Source of the DNA: Chthonomonadales bacterium
Lineage (GTDB): Bacteria; Armatimonadota; Chthonomonadetes; Chthonomonadales; CAJBBX01
Length of the DNA stretch: 64,000 bases
NCBI GenBank assembly: GCA_013360745.1
Contig: JABWBA010000009.1
Span: forward strand, 94-64,093
Reading direction: 5' to 3'
The notes below the pieces were generated by a model. The model worked only from the letters and a program-made list of their open reading frames with translations. It had not been told where the DNA came from and did not search any database. Positions 17,925-29,700 of the stretch are shown here, in pieces. Position 1 is the first letter of the stretch. Every line of letters begins with the position of its first letter. The translations under genes and the position numbers were made by a program.

Positions 17925-20924
17925 ATGAGGATGTGGCTTCGACTGTTGACGGGCCTTGCGTTGGCCGGAGCGATGGTGTGCTTCGGTATCGGTACGCTTG
18001 CGCAGGCAGGCCAGAGGCCGACGTTCGTTTCGGGCGACGTCGTCGTATGGGCGAAAAGCGGAGTTTCGGCGGATACAGTCCGCGAGGCCGCCAATGGGGC
18101 TAACTGTGACCTGGTCCGAATGACGCTCATGCCGGACGTTTATCTGCTTCGGGTAAAGATGATCGGTACGCCGACCTCTCAGGATACGCTGAATGCCGTC
18201 GACGCACTGGCCCGGCACGACGCCTTCCGCTGGGTCGGTCCGAACACGATCAAGTACCCGCTCGACACGACTCCCGATGATCCTAGGTACAGGGAGCAAT
18301 GGCATCTACCTCTCATGAACCTGCCGCAAGCCTGGGATATTCATAGGGGATCTCAGGATGTGGTTGTGGCGGTCATTGATACGGGTGTCGATACGACGCA
18401 TCCCGATTTACGAGACAGGCTGCTCCCCGGCTACAACAGCAGCGGTACGGGCTCGACGAACGACCCCACGGACACGAACGGTCACGGAACCCATGTCATC
18501 GGCATCATCGGGGCAACGACCAACAACGGCCTGGGCGTGGCAGGGGTAACCTATGAGGGTGTTAAGGTTCTCCCGATCAAGGCCGGAGACGCGGGATTCA
18601 CTCTGACCGCGATCGTTGATGGTTTGACCTTCGCTGAGCGGCAGGGCGCCAATATCGTGAACCTGAGTCTCGGATCTCCAGCGCCCAGCGATACCCCACC
18701 GGCGCAGCTTCCGCCGGATGAAGCCAAAATCATGCAGATGGCCCGCAACGGCGTACTCTTCTCCATTGCGGCAGGAAACAGCTTCACTGACGGTAATCCT
18801 CCGTTTGCGCCCGCCTATCTTGCCCAGCTCGATGATCATATTATCTGCGTGGCGGCCTGCGATTCTAAGAAGAAACAGGCTCCCTACTCCGAGGCTCGTC
18901 CCTATACAACAATCAGCGCACCCGGAGGGAATACGGGCGCAGGACAATCGGAAGGGGTGCTGAGCACCTACCTTACATCCGCAGGCGGCTACGCGTTCGA
19001 ACAGGGCACGTCGATGGCGGCTCCGAACGCCGCAGGCGTGATGGCGCTGGTGCTCAGCGCCGGGGCTGAGCCTGCTGAGATGAAGTCCGTTCTTACGACT
19101 ACGGCGGACCACTCCATGTTGACCACCGTACCGGATAATGCGTTCGGATACGGAGTGATCGACGCCTATGCCGCGCTCCTAAAGGCCGGCATCAGTGTGA
19201 CGGTCCTGGAACCTGAAGGAACGGGCGGAAAGGCTTCCGCTGGCGGGATCGTACGAAATCCCGCACCGGTTGAGACCCTCGCCCCGGTCATCCGCGTCGC
19301 GGTCTCTCAGATCACCCCGGATAACCTCACGCTAACCCTGAACGGCCAGATTGTGACGGGATGGACGCTTGAGAACATCTCCCGTACGGTCAAAGACAAC
19401 GCAGGGAACGATGTGCCTGTTGTTTACGAAGCGGTTATCCGAGATAACGTGGTGCCAGCAGGACAGAACATCATTGATGTCTCAGGCGTCAAGCCCGGAC
19501 CTCCTGATCGGGTCGTTACGGATACGCGCAAGTTCATGGTCATCCCGCGGCAAATACCAGCTGGCCGATCCTTGATCTCGATCCCATACCGCGAGGACGG
19601 CGCCACACCGGAGAGCTATTTCGGCACCACCTTCCGCCTAGCGCGCTGGCTCCCCCTCGAAGCTCGATATGCTGTCTACTCGCCGATGCTGGGCACGGAT
19701 CCGGGAGCGTCGTTTACCCCGCCGGATACGGTCCCGCATCTCGACGGCTCGGCGGTGTCGGGCGTGCCTGTGGGCCTCGCTTTCTGGGCCGACCTGGAAT
19801 CCCTTAAGCCCGTCCTGACCAAAGGCCAACCCCTTCCAACTCGGTCGTATGTGATCCCGTTGCGGGGCCGGGGTGGTCTCGGGGTTACGGTAAGCTGGAA
19901 TATGATCGGTTGTCCGTTCCCGTACGACGTGCCCTTCAATGCGCTGCTCGTCGATACGCCCGAAGGCAGGATCACCATCGCCGCTGCCGTCAGCCGGGGC
20001 TATGTGCTGCCCAACCTCTATTCATATGATGGATCCACGGGATACACCTTCCGGACGCTGCCGGACGGCGCACTGCGCGCATGGGAAGGGCACTGGATGG
20101 GCGTTACGAGCAGCGAGGATATCGCCCTTGTGGTGCCGCCGGTCAGGATAACACGCTCCAGGTCGCAGGGCGTAACCGCTCCGCGCGATGGCTGGAGGCT
20201 GCAGCTTCAGGCCTCTGGCTCCGGCCTTCAAGATACATTCAACTTTATCGGTGTTCAGGCCGGCGCCTCCAACGGTCAGGATCTGCTCGATGTGCCCAAA
20301 CCACCGATGATCTCTCCCTTTGTGAGTGTGGGTGTTGAAGCGGACTCGCAGGGGCGCTCCGTCCTTCTGGCCCAGGATATCCGCAGCTCAACCGGAGCCC
20401 AGACGTGGAAGGTCGCCCTGACGTCGGATACCCCGAACTCTGAGGTTACGCTCCGTTGGAACTCGGTGGGCTCCTGGCCTGCACGAACCCGCCTCCTCCT
20501 TACCGATGCGGCGACGGGCCAAACGATTGATATGAGGACCCGATCCTCGATTACCTTCCAGTCCGGCAGCCAACCGGCGCCGCGGTCCCTGACGGTCTCG
20601 GCGAAGCCGATTAGCGCAACCGCCCTCCGCATCAGCAATGTCGCCGTCCGGACCAGCGGAACGCGCGGGGTTGGATCCGTGCAGGTAAGCTTTACGCTCA
20701 GCTCCACCGCAGCGTATGAAGTGCGGGTTCTTGGGGTCGACGGTCGACCTGTGGGAGTGGTCTCATCCAGGGCTGCCGCAACCGGCGATGTTCAACTTGT
20801 TTGGATTGGTAAGGATAACGCTGGCAGAAACGTGCCAGCTGGAACGTATCTCGTGCAGATCCGGGCCATCGACGACGATGGAGATGTTGTTAGGGTAATC
20901 CAGCCGTTTTCGCTGGTGCGCTGA
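17925..20924 (+). CDS. S8 subtilisin-like serine peptidase with shared C-terminal module and FlgD-Ig domain
   Basis: Catalytic triad VAVIDTG, HGTHV, GTSMAAP; oxyanion AAGN; signal peptide and propeptide; C-terminal WNMIGCPF, KPP, WIGKDNAG..PAGTY; ends SLVR. Confidence 0.9.
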   Translation: MRMWLRLLTGLALAGAMVCFGIGTLAQAGQRPTFVSGDVVVWAKSGVSADTVREAANGANCDLVRMTLMPDVYLLRVKMIGTPTSQDTLNAVDALARHDAFRWVGPNTIKYPLDTTPDDPRYREQWHLPLMNLPQAWDIHRGSQDVVVAVIDTGVDTTHPDLRDRLLPGYNSSGTGSTNDPTDTNGHGTHVIGIIGATTNNGLGVAGVTYEGVKVLPIKAGDAGFTLTAIVDGLTFAERQGANIVNLSLGSPAPSDTPPAQLPPDEAKIMQMARNGVLFSIAAGNSFTDGNPPFAPAYLAQLDDHIICVAACDSKKKQAPYSEARPYTTISAPGGNTGAGQSEGVLSTYLTSAGGYAFEQGTSMAAPNAAGVMALVLSAGAEPAEMKSVLTTTADHSMLTTVPDNAFGYGVIDAYAALLKAGISVTVLEPEGTGGKASAGGIVRNPAPVETLAPVIRVAVSQITPDNLTLTLNGQIVTGWTLENISRTVKDNAGNDVPVVYEAVIRDNVVPAGQNIIDVSGVKPGPPDRVVTDTRKFMVIPRQIPAGRSLISIPYREDGATPESYFGTTFRLARWLPLEARYAVYSPMLGTDPGASFTPPDTVPHLDGSAVSGVPVGLAFWADLESLKPVLTKGQPLPTRSYVIPLRGRGGLGVTVSWNMIGCPFPYDVPFNALLVDTPEGRITIAAAVSRGYVLPNLYSYDGSTGYTFRTLPDGALRAWEGHWMGVTSSEDIALVVPPVRITRSRSQGVTAPRDGWRLQLQASGSGLQDTFNFIGVQAGASNGQDLLDVPKPPMISPFVSVGVEADSQGRSVLLAQDIRSSTGAQTWKVALTSDTPNSEVTLRWNSVGSWPARTRLLLTDAATGQTIDMRTRSSITFQSGSQPAPRSLTVSAKPISATALRISNVAVRTSGTRGVGSVQVSFTLSSTAAYEVRVLGVDGRPVGVVSSRAAATGDVQLVWIGKDNAGRNVPAGTYLVQIRAIDDDGDVVRVIQPFSLVR

Positions 20925-21000
20925 CATGGATTTGGACGGCTCGATGAACTGTGCAGCAGTAGGCGTGCCGCGGTCGGTGCGCATACGGGAGGAACGACGA

Positions 21001-23673
21001 ATGATCTGGCTCGGACCGCGAAGCAGACGGCACGGCTTGCTCGTCGCCTGCGTGGCCGCGATTGGCATGGTCTGTGTTAGTGCGCAGACCGCCTGGTCGC
21101 AAACGCTCGTGTCCATACAGAACGGCAAGCTGATCGCTACGGTGGGCGAGGCCGAAGATCTGAACAGCGTGAACGTCGCTGGCCGCTTCGGGATCACCGA
21201 AGCCAGCGCCACGGGCGGGGTTCTCCTTCAGCTCCCACGCTCATCCAGCCTCAACCAGCTCGGCAGCTACGTGACTGTGCGGATCGACGGCGGAACCCCA
21301 TTTCTTCAGGATGGCACCGTCGCCGAGGGCGTCCCGGGATGGGATATCGCCTGGGGCTACGAGGATACACCGGACACGGATATCACCGGCGAGTGGGTAC
21401 AGGCGCCGACCGCGATCAGCCCGACCAGGCTCGTCGCTAAGTGGCGGACCATTCCCGATGCCGCGGCTGATCCCCGCATACCGGAGATCCATGTCAACCT
21501 TGATATGCGCATCGTGTATGACATGGTGCTCTATAAGTTCACGGTGATCAATCTGGATACTTCGGCGCATACGGTAGGCCTTAGGTTCGCTCAGGATTTC
21601 GCCGTTCCGAACACCACGGATGGACCGATCCTCACGCCTAAAACGCCGCAGATTACGCACGAAACGTCCCTGATCAGCAGCTTGATCCCGGATTACTGGC
21701 GGTCCGCAGGTACGGAGGGAACTAGCACCGTTGGGGCCCATGTCCGAAACTCAGGAATGTCCAACTACCCGACGAATCCAGATCGACTTATCTTCGGCCT
21801 TACGGATCGCGTCACCGGTCCGCTGTGGGATTTCACCCCCAATAGCGGCACCAGCCTCCTCGGACCGACCGCGGATGCGTCTGCCGCGCTCTATTTCAAC
21901 CCGGTCCAGCTTGCTACGGGGCAATCCCGGGTGTTCTCGACGATCCTGGGCGCCGCCGGTTCCAGCTACGAGTTTGGTGATCGCATCGCCGCGGGCCTCG
22001 AAGGCCCGGTATCACTCAAGTACGATCCCAGTAAGCCCGAGGCACAGCGACTCCAGCCGAGTCCGTTCAGGGTGACGGCGTTTCTTCATAATATGAACAC
22101 CATCAACTTGAGTAACGTCCGGGCTGTCCTTTCCCTTCCTTCGGGATTGTCGCTGGACGCGGGTGAAAACCCTGTTAAGATGGCCACGTCCGTCGGTGTC
22201 GACGGTGAAGCGACCTTCACGTGGAATGTGGTACCGACAGGCGCGGCCTCGGGTCGACTGACCTATTCCGTAGCGCTCAGCGCCGATCCCGGTGGCCAGG
22301 GTGTGAGCGTGGCGCGCGATATCGATATTCCCTCCCTGCCTTCGCAACCGTTCGGCGCCGGATGGCAGATGGTATCGTTCCCCTATGTGCTTGATGACCG
22401 TACACCTGCTGGGGCGATCAACCTCGATCCTGCGATGTACGATCTGGTCCGATGGAACCCGACTGCAGCCCGGTACCAGGCCGTGCAGTATCTCAATCCT
22501 GGGGAAGGGTACTGGCTCCGGCTTCCAGAAGGTCGGACGGTAACGCTTGCGAACGCACAGCCGGTCAACGTTCCCGGCGGTGATTTCGAGCTGAATTTAA
22601 CCACAGGCTGGACTCAGATCGCGAACCCCTTCCTCCTGCCGATTCGATGGGGTGATCTCAGAGTCCTGAACCTCGATCGGAATGACCGGGACTATCTCGT
22701 CCCGCTCAGTGTCGCCGAGGCATCTAGCTTTGAGCGGCGATGGATCTCCCCGACGATCTTCCGCTATGACGTTCAGGCGGGCATGTATAAGTTCGATCAG
22801 GACTTCGGTACGGAGATGAAGCCCTTCGTCGGCTACTGGGTCCACGCTCTGAAACCGAACCTCGTTCTCGTGATCTCGAAGCCCTCGGGACGCGCGGCTT
22901 CGGTGGCGGCCACGCGAGGCGCTGATGTCAAAGGCGGTTGGAAACTTCGCCTCAACGTGACGGACGGAACGACACAGGATGGATGGAACTTTATCGGCGT
23001 TGGTCGCGATGCAAAAGATGGCGTCGATCAACACGATGTGATGAAGCCTCCGACCGTTGCCGATAGCGTCAATCTCGCGATCCTCGGCCTGGGGCAGGGC
23101 ATCGCGCCTGAGCGTCTTGCCCAGGATATACGCTCGGCGAGCCCGACTGCCAAGAGGTGGCAGATCTCTGTCAGCAGCGCGACGCCGAACGCCGATCTGA
23201 CGCTAACGTGGCCGGACATCAGTACCCTGCCGCGAACCTATGAGCTGTACATCAGCGATGGCTCCAACCCCGCTCGCCAGGCCATGCGCACGACCTCGTC
23301 GCTGCGGATCAACACGGGCCCTGCAGGCACAAGGATGATTACCCTCGACGCTGAACCCCGGGCGGCCGCAGGCGCCTTCCGGATCACTAGCTGGAACGTC
23401 CTTCCGACGAAGAGCCATGGCAGCGCCACGATTAGCGTTTCAGCATCGCAGACCGCTACCCTATCCATTCGTGTCCTTGGGCCTGGCGGCGCCATGGTCC
23501 GCCGGTTAACCGGACGGGCTGGCGGCCTGGGACAGACGAGTGAAGTCACCTGGGACCAGCGCGATTCCCGGGGTATAGCCGTGCCGGCGGGAGCCTATAC
23601 GGTTGAGATCAAGGCGACGTCTACGGACGGCCAGAGCGCCCGTGTGGTCGCTCCGCTCGTGGTGACGCGCTGA
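21001..23673 (+). CDS. Secreted beta-rich protein (N-terminal beta-sandwich, Ig-like domain) with shared C-terminal module and FlgD-Ig domain
   Basis: GGAGG RBS before ATG 21001; signal peptide; SYVTVRIDG..VGLRFAQD domain; LSLPSGLSL..TWNV Ig-like domain; GWQMVSFPY, GEGYW, GWTQIANPF, KPP, WDQRDSRG..PAGAY; ends VVTR. Confidence 0.75.
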   Translation: MIWLGPRSRRHGLLVACVAAIGMVCVSAQTAWSQTLVSIQNGKLIATVGEAEDLNSVNVAGRFGITEASATGGVLLQLPRSSSLNQLGSYVTVRIDGGTPFLQDGTVAEGVPGWDIAWGYEDTPDTDITGEWVQAPTAISPTRLVAKWRTIPDAAADPRIPEIHVNLDMRIVYDMVLYKFTVINLDTSAHTVGLRFAQDFAVPNTTDGPILTPKTPQITHETSLISSLIPDYWRSAGTEGTSTVGAHVRNSGMSNYPTNPDRLIFGLTDRVTGPLWDFTPNSGTSLLGPTADASAALYFNPVQLATGQSRVFSTILGAAGSSYEFGDRIAAGLEGPVSLKYDPSKPEAQRLQPSPFRVTAFLHNMNTINLSNVRAVLSLPSGLSLDAGENPVKMATSVGVDGEATFTWNVVPTGAASGRLTYSVALSADPGGQGVSVARDIDIPSLPSQPFGAGWQMVSFPYVLDDRTPAGAINLDPAMYDLVRWNPTAARYQAVQYLNPGEGYWLRLPEGRTVTLANAQPVNVPGGDFELNLTTGWTQIANPFLLPIRWGDLRVLNLDRNDRDYLVPLSVAEASSFERRWISPTIFRYDVQAGMYKFDQDFGTEMKPFVGYWVHALKPNLVLVISKPSGRAASVAATRGADVKGGWKLRLNVTDGTTQDGWNFIGVGRDAKDGVDQHDVMKPPTVADSVNLAILGLGQGIAPERLAQDIRSASPTAKRWQISVSSATPNADLTLTWPDISTLPRTYELYISDGSNPARQAMRTTSSLRINTGPAGTRMITLDAEPRAAAGAFRITSWNVLPTKSHGSATISVSASQTATLSIRVLGPGGAMVRRLTGRAGGLGQTSEVTWDQRDSRGIAVPAGAYTVEIKATSTDGQSARVVAPLVVTR

Positions 23674-23723
23674 TGACGGCCTCAACTCTATCAGCGGCCT
23701 CGCAAGAGTTCAGGGGGAAGCAA

Positions 23724-26700
23724 ATGAGATCCTTTCGCGGAGTGATGAGGTGGCTCATCGCTGCCACTCTGCTCGGCGTATACCTCGCCCGCCCGGCAGT
23801 GGCGGCGCCGACATTATCGGCGGAGTGTTTCGCCGTCCGTCAGAACGATACCACCGAGGCGGGTACGGAGCAGACATGGTTCGCCTTTCGGGCCGTTGTG
23901 GCCCCGAGCGGTGATACTGCGGCCCTGGTGGGCAGGCCAACTCTCCATCTTGGTGTTCAGTTCGTAGATGAAGCGAACGGCATCGTCGTCTCCCGTCGTC
24001 AGATCACGATGGAGCGGGATCGCACCCGTTCAAGCTTCGGGCGCGATACCTTCTGGATTGCGTTCGTACGCGGTATGGACATCCCCAGCACGGCCTCGGG
24101 TTCGCAGGTGCCCCCTACCGGCGTAGGGCGCCCGGTGAGTTCGACATGGGTAGTCGAGGCCTGGGAGACCGACGGTACCAACACGACGATGTCGGCCAGC
24201 GACCAGCTCAACCTTCAGGTATATCCGTCGATACGAGATCTTGATTCGCCCTACTGGGCCGTCCATATGGTTCCCGTTGACGCCAATGGCAATCCCGATA
24301 ACGCTCCGGGCCCTGGCCAGAATGGCAACGGTCTTCGAGTCGATCCAGAAGACGCGACGCGGCCGAATGACGGAGGCGGATCTCACCGCTATACATGGAG
24401 GGTTAATGTCCGCACCTATGGCGGATTGCCCCCTGCCCTATTCCAGCGCCAGAATACGTTCGATTACTCGATGTTCTGGTTCGCATCCCAGAGCCGGTAC
24501 GATGCGCTCCGAAGCGGTGTCCTCCTTCACCTGGTGGATCCCACCGGAACCGTACGCGTATTCCCGATGACCAGCCCGGACGTGGATCCGGCAGCGACCT
24601 ATCCAACCGAAGGCTCGTTTCTCCACCCGGTCGCCAACCCGGCCCTGGCCAGCGGCACGGTCTATACCTACACCATGGAACCGACGGAGTTCTGGCCCGT
24701 AGGCAGCGCGATTTTCTTCGGCGGCGACCTCCAAAGCATGGTCCCGCAGTTCACCGTCCCGGACGGGATCCCCGTGATCCCGCTTGGCGGCGATATCGGC
24801 GAGAGCTTCGTCGGGCGCCCCTACGCCAACGTCTACGCCTCGTTCAACGAGCTGGATTCGACGATACTCTATGCGGCGTTCATGTCGCCGCCGCCGCCCA
24901 TGCCGATCTACAGCACTGGCGTAGGCGGCCGCGCAGGCCAGTGGGGTTACTATATTCGGTCCTCCATCGACTTCAGACCGGATCCTGCGGTAGGCAACGA
25001 TACCAACGTCGATAACTTCATCGCCAACTCGACAGGCACTCCGCCGAACCGTCAGTGGACCGAATACCGGGATAACTGGGGGCAGACCCCCATCCGATAC
25101 CGCCGGCTTCAGGATAGCGACGATCCGGACCCGAGAAACGTCGACGCGGAAACGCCCTACGTTCACCCGTATGTCACTCCGATCCTCGTCGACGGACATT
25201 GGAGCGACGATCTGCTCGAGAACCGCAACCTCCAAAAGCCGCCGAACTATCTGCTGGGTATTGAACCCTGGCCGCCATACGACGATCCGGCGATGAGCTT
25301 AGCGTCCAATGCGCGCCGGTCCAGGGTCACGAACAAGACCAGGGTACGGTTCCAGGTTCGGGTGGTTCATGTACCCAAAGGCGACGTCTCCGGCCCGCTT
25401 TCCGTCCGCGTCTGGATCGGCAACCGAAACGACGGCTCGATGCGCCCCTACATGATGCAGGTCGCTCCGAACCAGGGGGCGGTCAATGACGCCCAGGGCG
25501 TCCTTTATTACTATGATGCCGTGCTCGGCCCCGGCAACGAAGGTCGTAACGCCATATACTTTGAGGCGGACGACGGCGTCAACCGAGCGATCTGGCCGCG
25601 CCGACCGGCGGATGATCCCCAGGGGATTGCCTTGCCGAATCGGAGCGATGCAGCGTTCTTTGGCTCGGTTACCCAGGTCGGCAAGAACTATATGATGGAA
25701 CCGTGGGTTAACCATCGTCCCGAGCTCCTCAACGGAAGGGTTACCCCGACATCAGGCGTCGTTGGCACATCGTTTACCTACGAAGTCCTCTATCGTGACG
25801 CAGATAACGATCCCCCGACCGATGCCTGGGTGATCCTCAATAACAAGCCGGAGCACTGGCGTTATCGGATGACCGAGGCGCCGGAGGATGCCGGCAACAG
25901 CTACGCGCAGGGCCGACGCTACAGGCTGGTCCTCAATCAGCTCCCAGGCGTGCCGCTGAACAAGTACAACTTCTACTTCCAGTTCCGTGATAACTGGGCG
26001 ACCTCGAATCGGCCGATCCGCCGGGAGTTCGGCGAGTGGACCACCTTCCCGCAGGGCGACGACAGCGGTAATCCGAGCAACGTCATCGAGGGGCCGACGA
26101 TCATCGCCAACAGCGCCCCCGAACTGAGAGAGGTCAGCATCTCCGCCAGCGATACGGCGTTGAACTCGGCAACCAAGTACGACTTCTTCGTTCGGTATCG
26201 CGACGTCGATAACAATGCGCCTAACAGCGTGAAACTGTTCGTGGAACTCTACGATTCCGCGACGGGAGCACGGCTGACTACGGATCCTGGAACCTCGTTG
26301 GTCCCGGCGGAAAGCGGCACGAACTACGCCTCTGGCGTCCAGCACCATCTGCCCGCGCCGATCCGCCTCTCGCCGGCGCCCCTTGGTCAGGAGTATCGCT
26401 ATCGCTTTACGACCAGCGACGGCGTCAACAACTCCAATCTAGTCTCTGTCGGCACCGGCTCCAGCTCGCTGACGCTCAACACCGCTCGAGTGCTGCGCCG
26501 CGTGGCCCCGAATGTGTACGACGATCCTTCGGGGACCCGAGCATGGGCTGCGGATACGACGTTGTTCGTTTGGAGGACGGATACCGGCGGCAACACCGTG
26601 CTTCTCGCACCCGGTGAGTTTAGCGTTGATGCGCCGAACGGCAGGCTTACGATCCCGGGAGCTTCGGATACCGATGTAATCCGAGCCTCCTACCGATACG

Positions 26701-29700
26701 AACAGACCGTTGGACCGACAGTCAATGAAAATGTCGTACCGGTCCTGACTCTGCCCGATGCCTATGATAAGCCGCTGAACTACAAGACCATCTCTCAGAC
26801 GGTGGGCGATACTTCGACCGCCTTCGCTTTCGCTATCCTGTACACCGATGCAGATAACCAGCCGCCGGTACTGGATGACGGCGTTACTGAGGGCGTCTAT
26901 CTGGTCGTCGACAATACCAACAAGATCCCGCTGTCCCGCGATCCTAATACGCCCACTCCGGTGGACTACAGGACGCGAATACGGTACATCGGCTCCACAA
27001 CCCTCCCGATCGGCCACCACGTCTACCACATCGAAGCAACGGACGGCGCTGGCGTATCCCGACGGCCGCTCGTTTCGGCGGACGTGGATGGTAATGGCGA
27101 TCCGATTCCAGCGGATCTACCGGTCAGCGTCAACAGCGCCGGCACTCTCACGAACCTGCTCATCGAACCGTTCCCGAAGGGACGCAGTAATCAGCTCTAC
27201 CAGTTCACCGTCACCTACACCAGCCCTGATGACCGCGCTCCGGAAGATAGCGGCAGGGGCCCGATTGAACTCTGGGTTCGAGATACGACCGGCGGCGCCT
27301 ACACCTATGTCGTAATGTCCGCGATTGACCCGATTACGCCGGGCGCCTATGCTGCCGGCGTCCGATTCCGAGCCCAGCTCACCGCACCTGCGGCGCCGCT
27401 TCAACCGGGTACCCACACGGTGACGGTCGGCTTCCAGAATGATCGCTCCCAGAGCTACGTTCCGTTCACGGATCTGCTGGTCAACGATAAGCCGGTGCTG
27501 AGTGCGCCGACGGTGACTCCGAACCCCGCAACGGCGGCCCAGGACGTGGTCTTCACCGTCCGATACACCGACTCGATGCTGGGTGACGCTCCCACTCGGA
27601 TGGAACTGCAGATCGATCGAAAGCCGGTGACGAGCCTGCCGGTCTCGACCCCGTCGGCCCCAACCGCTGATGACTATAAAGCGGGCGTAACCTACACATG
27701 GACCATTCCGGGTGTCGATATCGGCGTCGGCAATCACCTGTATCAGTTCCTCGCAGCGGACGATGTGGAAGATGCCGATCCTGTACCTCCAACGCCGGAC
27801 TCGTTCACGATCAACGGCGCTGGCGTGATGACGCTGTCGGACGGGAAGGTAACCCCGACGACGGGCAATCAGGCCAACACCTATGTCTATAGCGTCAAGT
27901 ACACGCACAGCGACAACATCGCGCCCTATCGGATCGAAGTGATCGTCGATCCCGAGACTGGCGCCGTCGCCCACACCCTGCATCCAACGGGAACGGCTCC
28001 GTTCAACTACGCGGCCGGAGTGACCTTCGAGAGTGATCCGATCCAACTCCCGCCCGGCATGCACACATTCCGGTTCGAGGCGCAGGATCGGGTCCAGACG
28101 GTCCAGCATCCTGTCGCGCCTGCAGTCCTGGACGGCCCGAAGGTCAACTTCCCGCCGGAGCTCAGCAACGTTCAAGTCACGCGGAACACCCTGCCCGAGA
28201 TCCATACCGTCGGCGCAGGCAACGCCCTGACGCCGCCACTGGTGGGAACGCTGAACGACAGCTACACGTTCAAGATCACCTATAAGGACGTCGATCAGAA
28301 CAACCCGACGGCTCCCGAAGCCGATCACTACGTGCGGCTCGTCATCGACGGGCAACCCCCGATCACCATGGCAGCGCAGGGGACCGATTATGCGAACGGC
28401 GTTGTCTATTCCGCTACAGTCTCGAACCTGACACCCGGCGACAAGACGTTCCGGTTCGAGGCCTTCGATGGCCCGGGCGCGATGGGCGACACGGTGCATT
28501 ATCCTGGACCGGGTCTCTGGATTTCAGGACTGTCCATCAAGAACGTGCCCGAGGTCACCGTCCCGGGTCCGGCCGACCCCGCGACGAACGATCATTCTCT
28601 GACGCCGCTGGCCGGCATCCGATCGACCGTCTACCAGTATCGAGTTCGGTATCGGCACCTCGACAATACCGCGCCGACCTCGCTCGACCTCGTGATCGAT
28701 CCCGGGCAGCCGGGTGAGAAGCGTGTGCCGCTCACCCCGCAATCGGCAGGCCCGTACGACTATACGACTGGCGTCCTGTATGGATATAACACGTCGGCCA
28801 ATGAGCTAACGGTCGGCGCCCATACCTACAGATTCGAATATAACGATGGACTGACCGACGGCGTCGTCGGCAGCTTCAACGGCCCGACGGTGTCGAATGC
28901 GCTGCTCAGCCTGACGGCTCCCGTGAGCGGTACGCTTTCACCGCTATCGGGTCCGCCATCGGTCGACTTCACCTACCAGGCGCTCTACACGAACGCCGAT
29001 AACAACCCGCCGAGCTATGTCCGCGTCGTTATCGACGGCACTGCCCACGATATGACGAAGGCGACGACGAGCACCGACTATCGAATCGGCGTTCTCTATG
29101 AGCTGAAGTACCGCTTCCCGAGGGATTCCCAGCAGAGGACCCATGGCTACCACTTCGAGGCCAGGGATACGGTCGAGCCCACGGTAGTTCGTTATCCGAC
29201 TTCTGGCGAGACCTCCGGTCCGACCCTCAATACCGCGTTCTTCGTCATCACCGGCATCTCCCAGCCGCCCTCGACCGCGGGCTCGCCCATCGTCGTCGGC
29301 GGGACGGTTACCGTAGCCGGGCGACTGGATACAAACGCACCGATCGGAGCGCAATCCATTCCGGTTCAGCTCGTACGGCCGGATGGAAGCGGCGTCAATG
29401 AAAGTGCGACGACGGCTGCGGACGGTTCGCTGGCCTTCACCTCGTCGACGATCCTGGATCAAACCGGCGACTGGAAGGTTAAGCTCAGCTGGTCCGGTCA
29501 GCCCGGAGTGTATGACTCGACCTCCGCTGAGCAGACCTTCAAGGTGGTCGGCGCAGAGGTATCTCTGACGAAGGGCGTTCTCGATCTCATCGCTCTACCG
29601 GTCGTACCCGTGACGCCCGATCCAAGCATCACCTTCAATCCGGTGCGCGCCAACGGCACGGCGGCGCCGATCTCGAGCCTCGACCTGGTAACGTGGGCTC

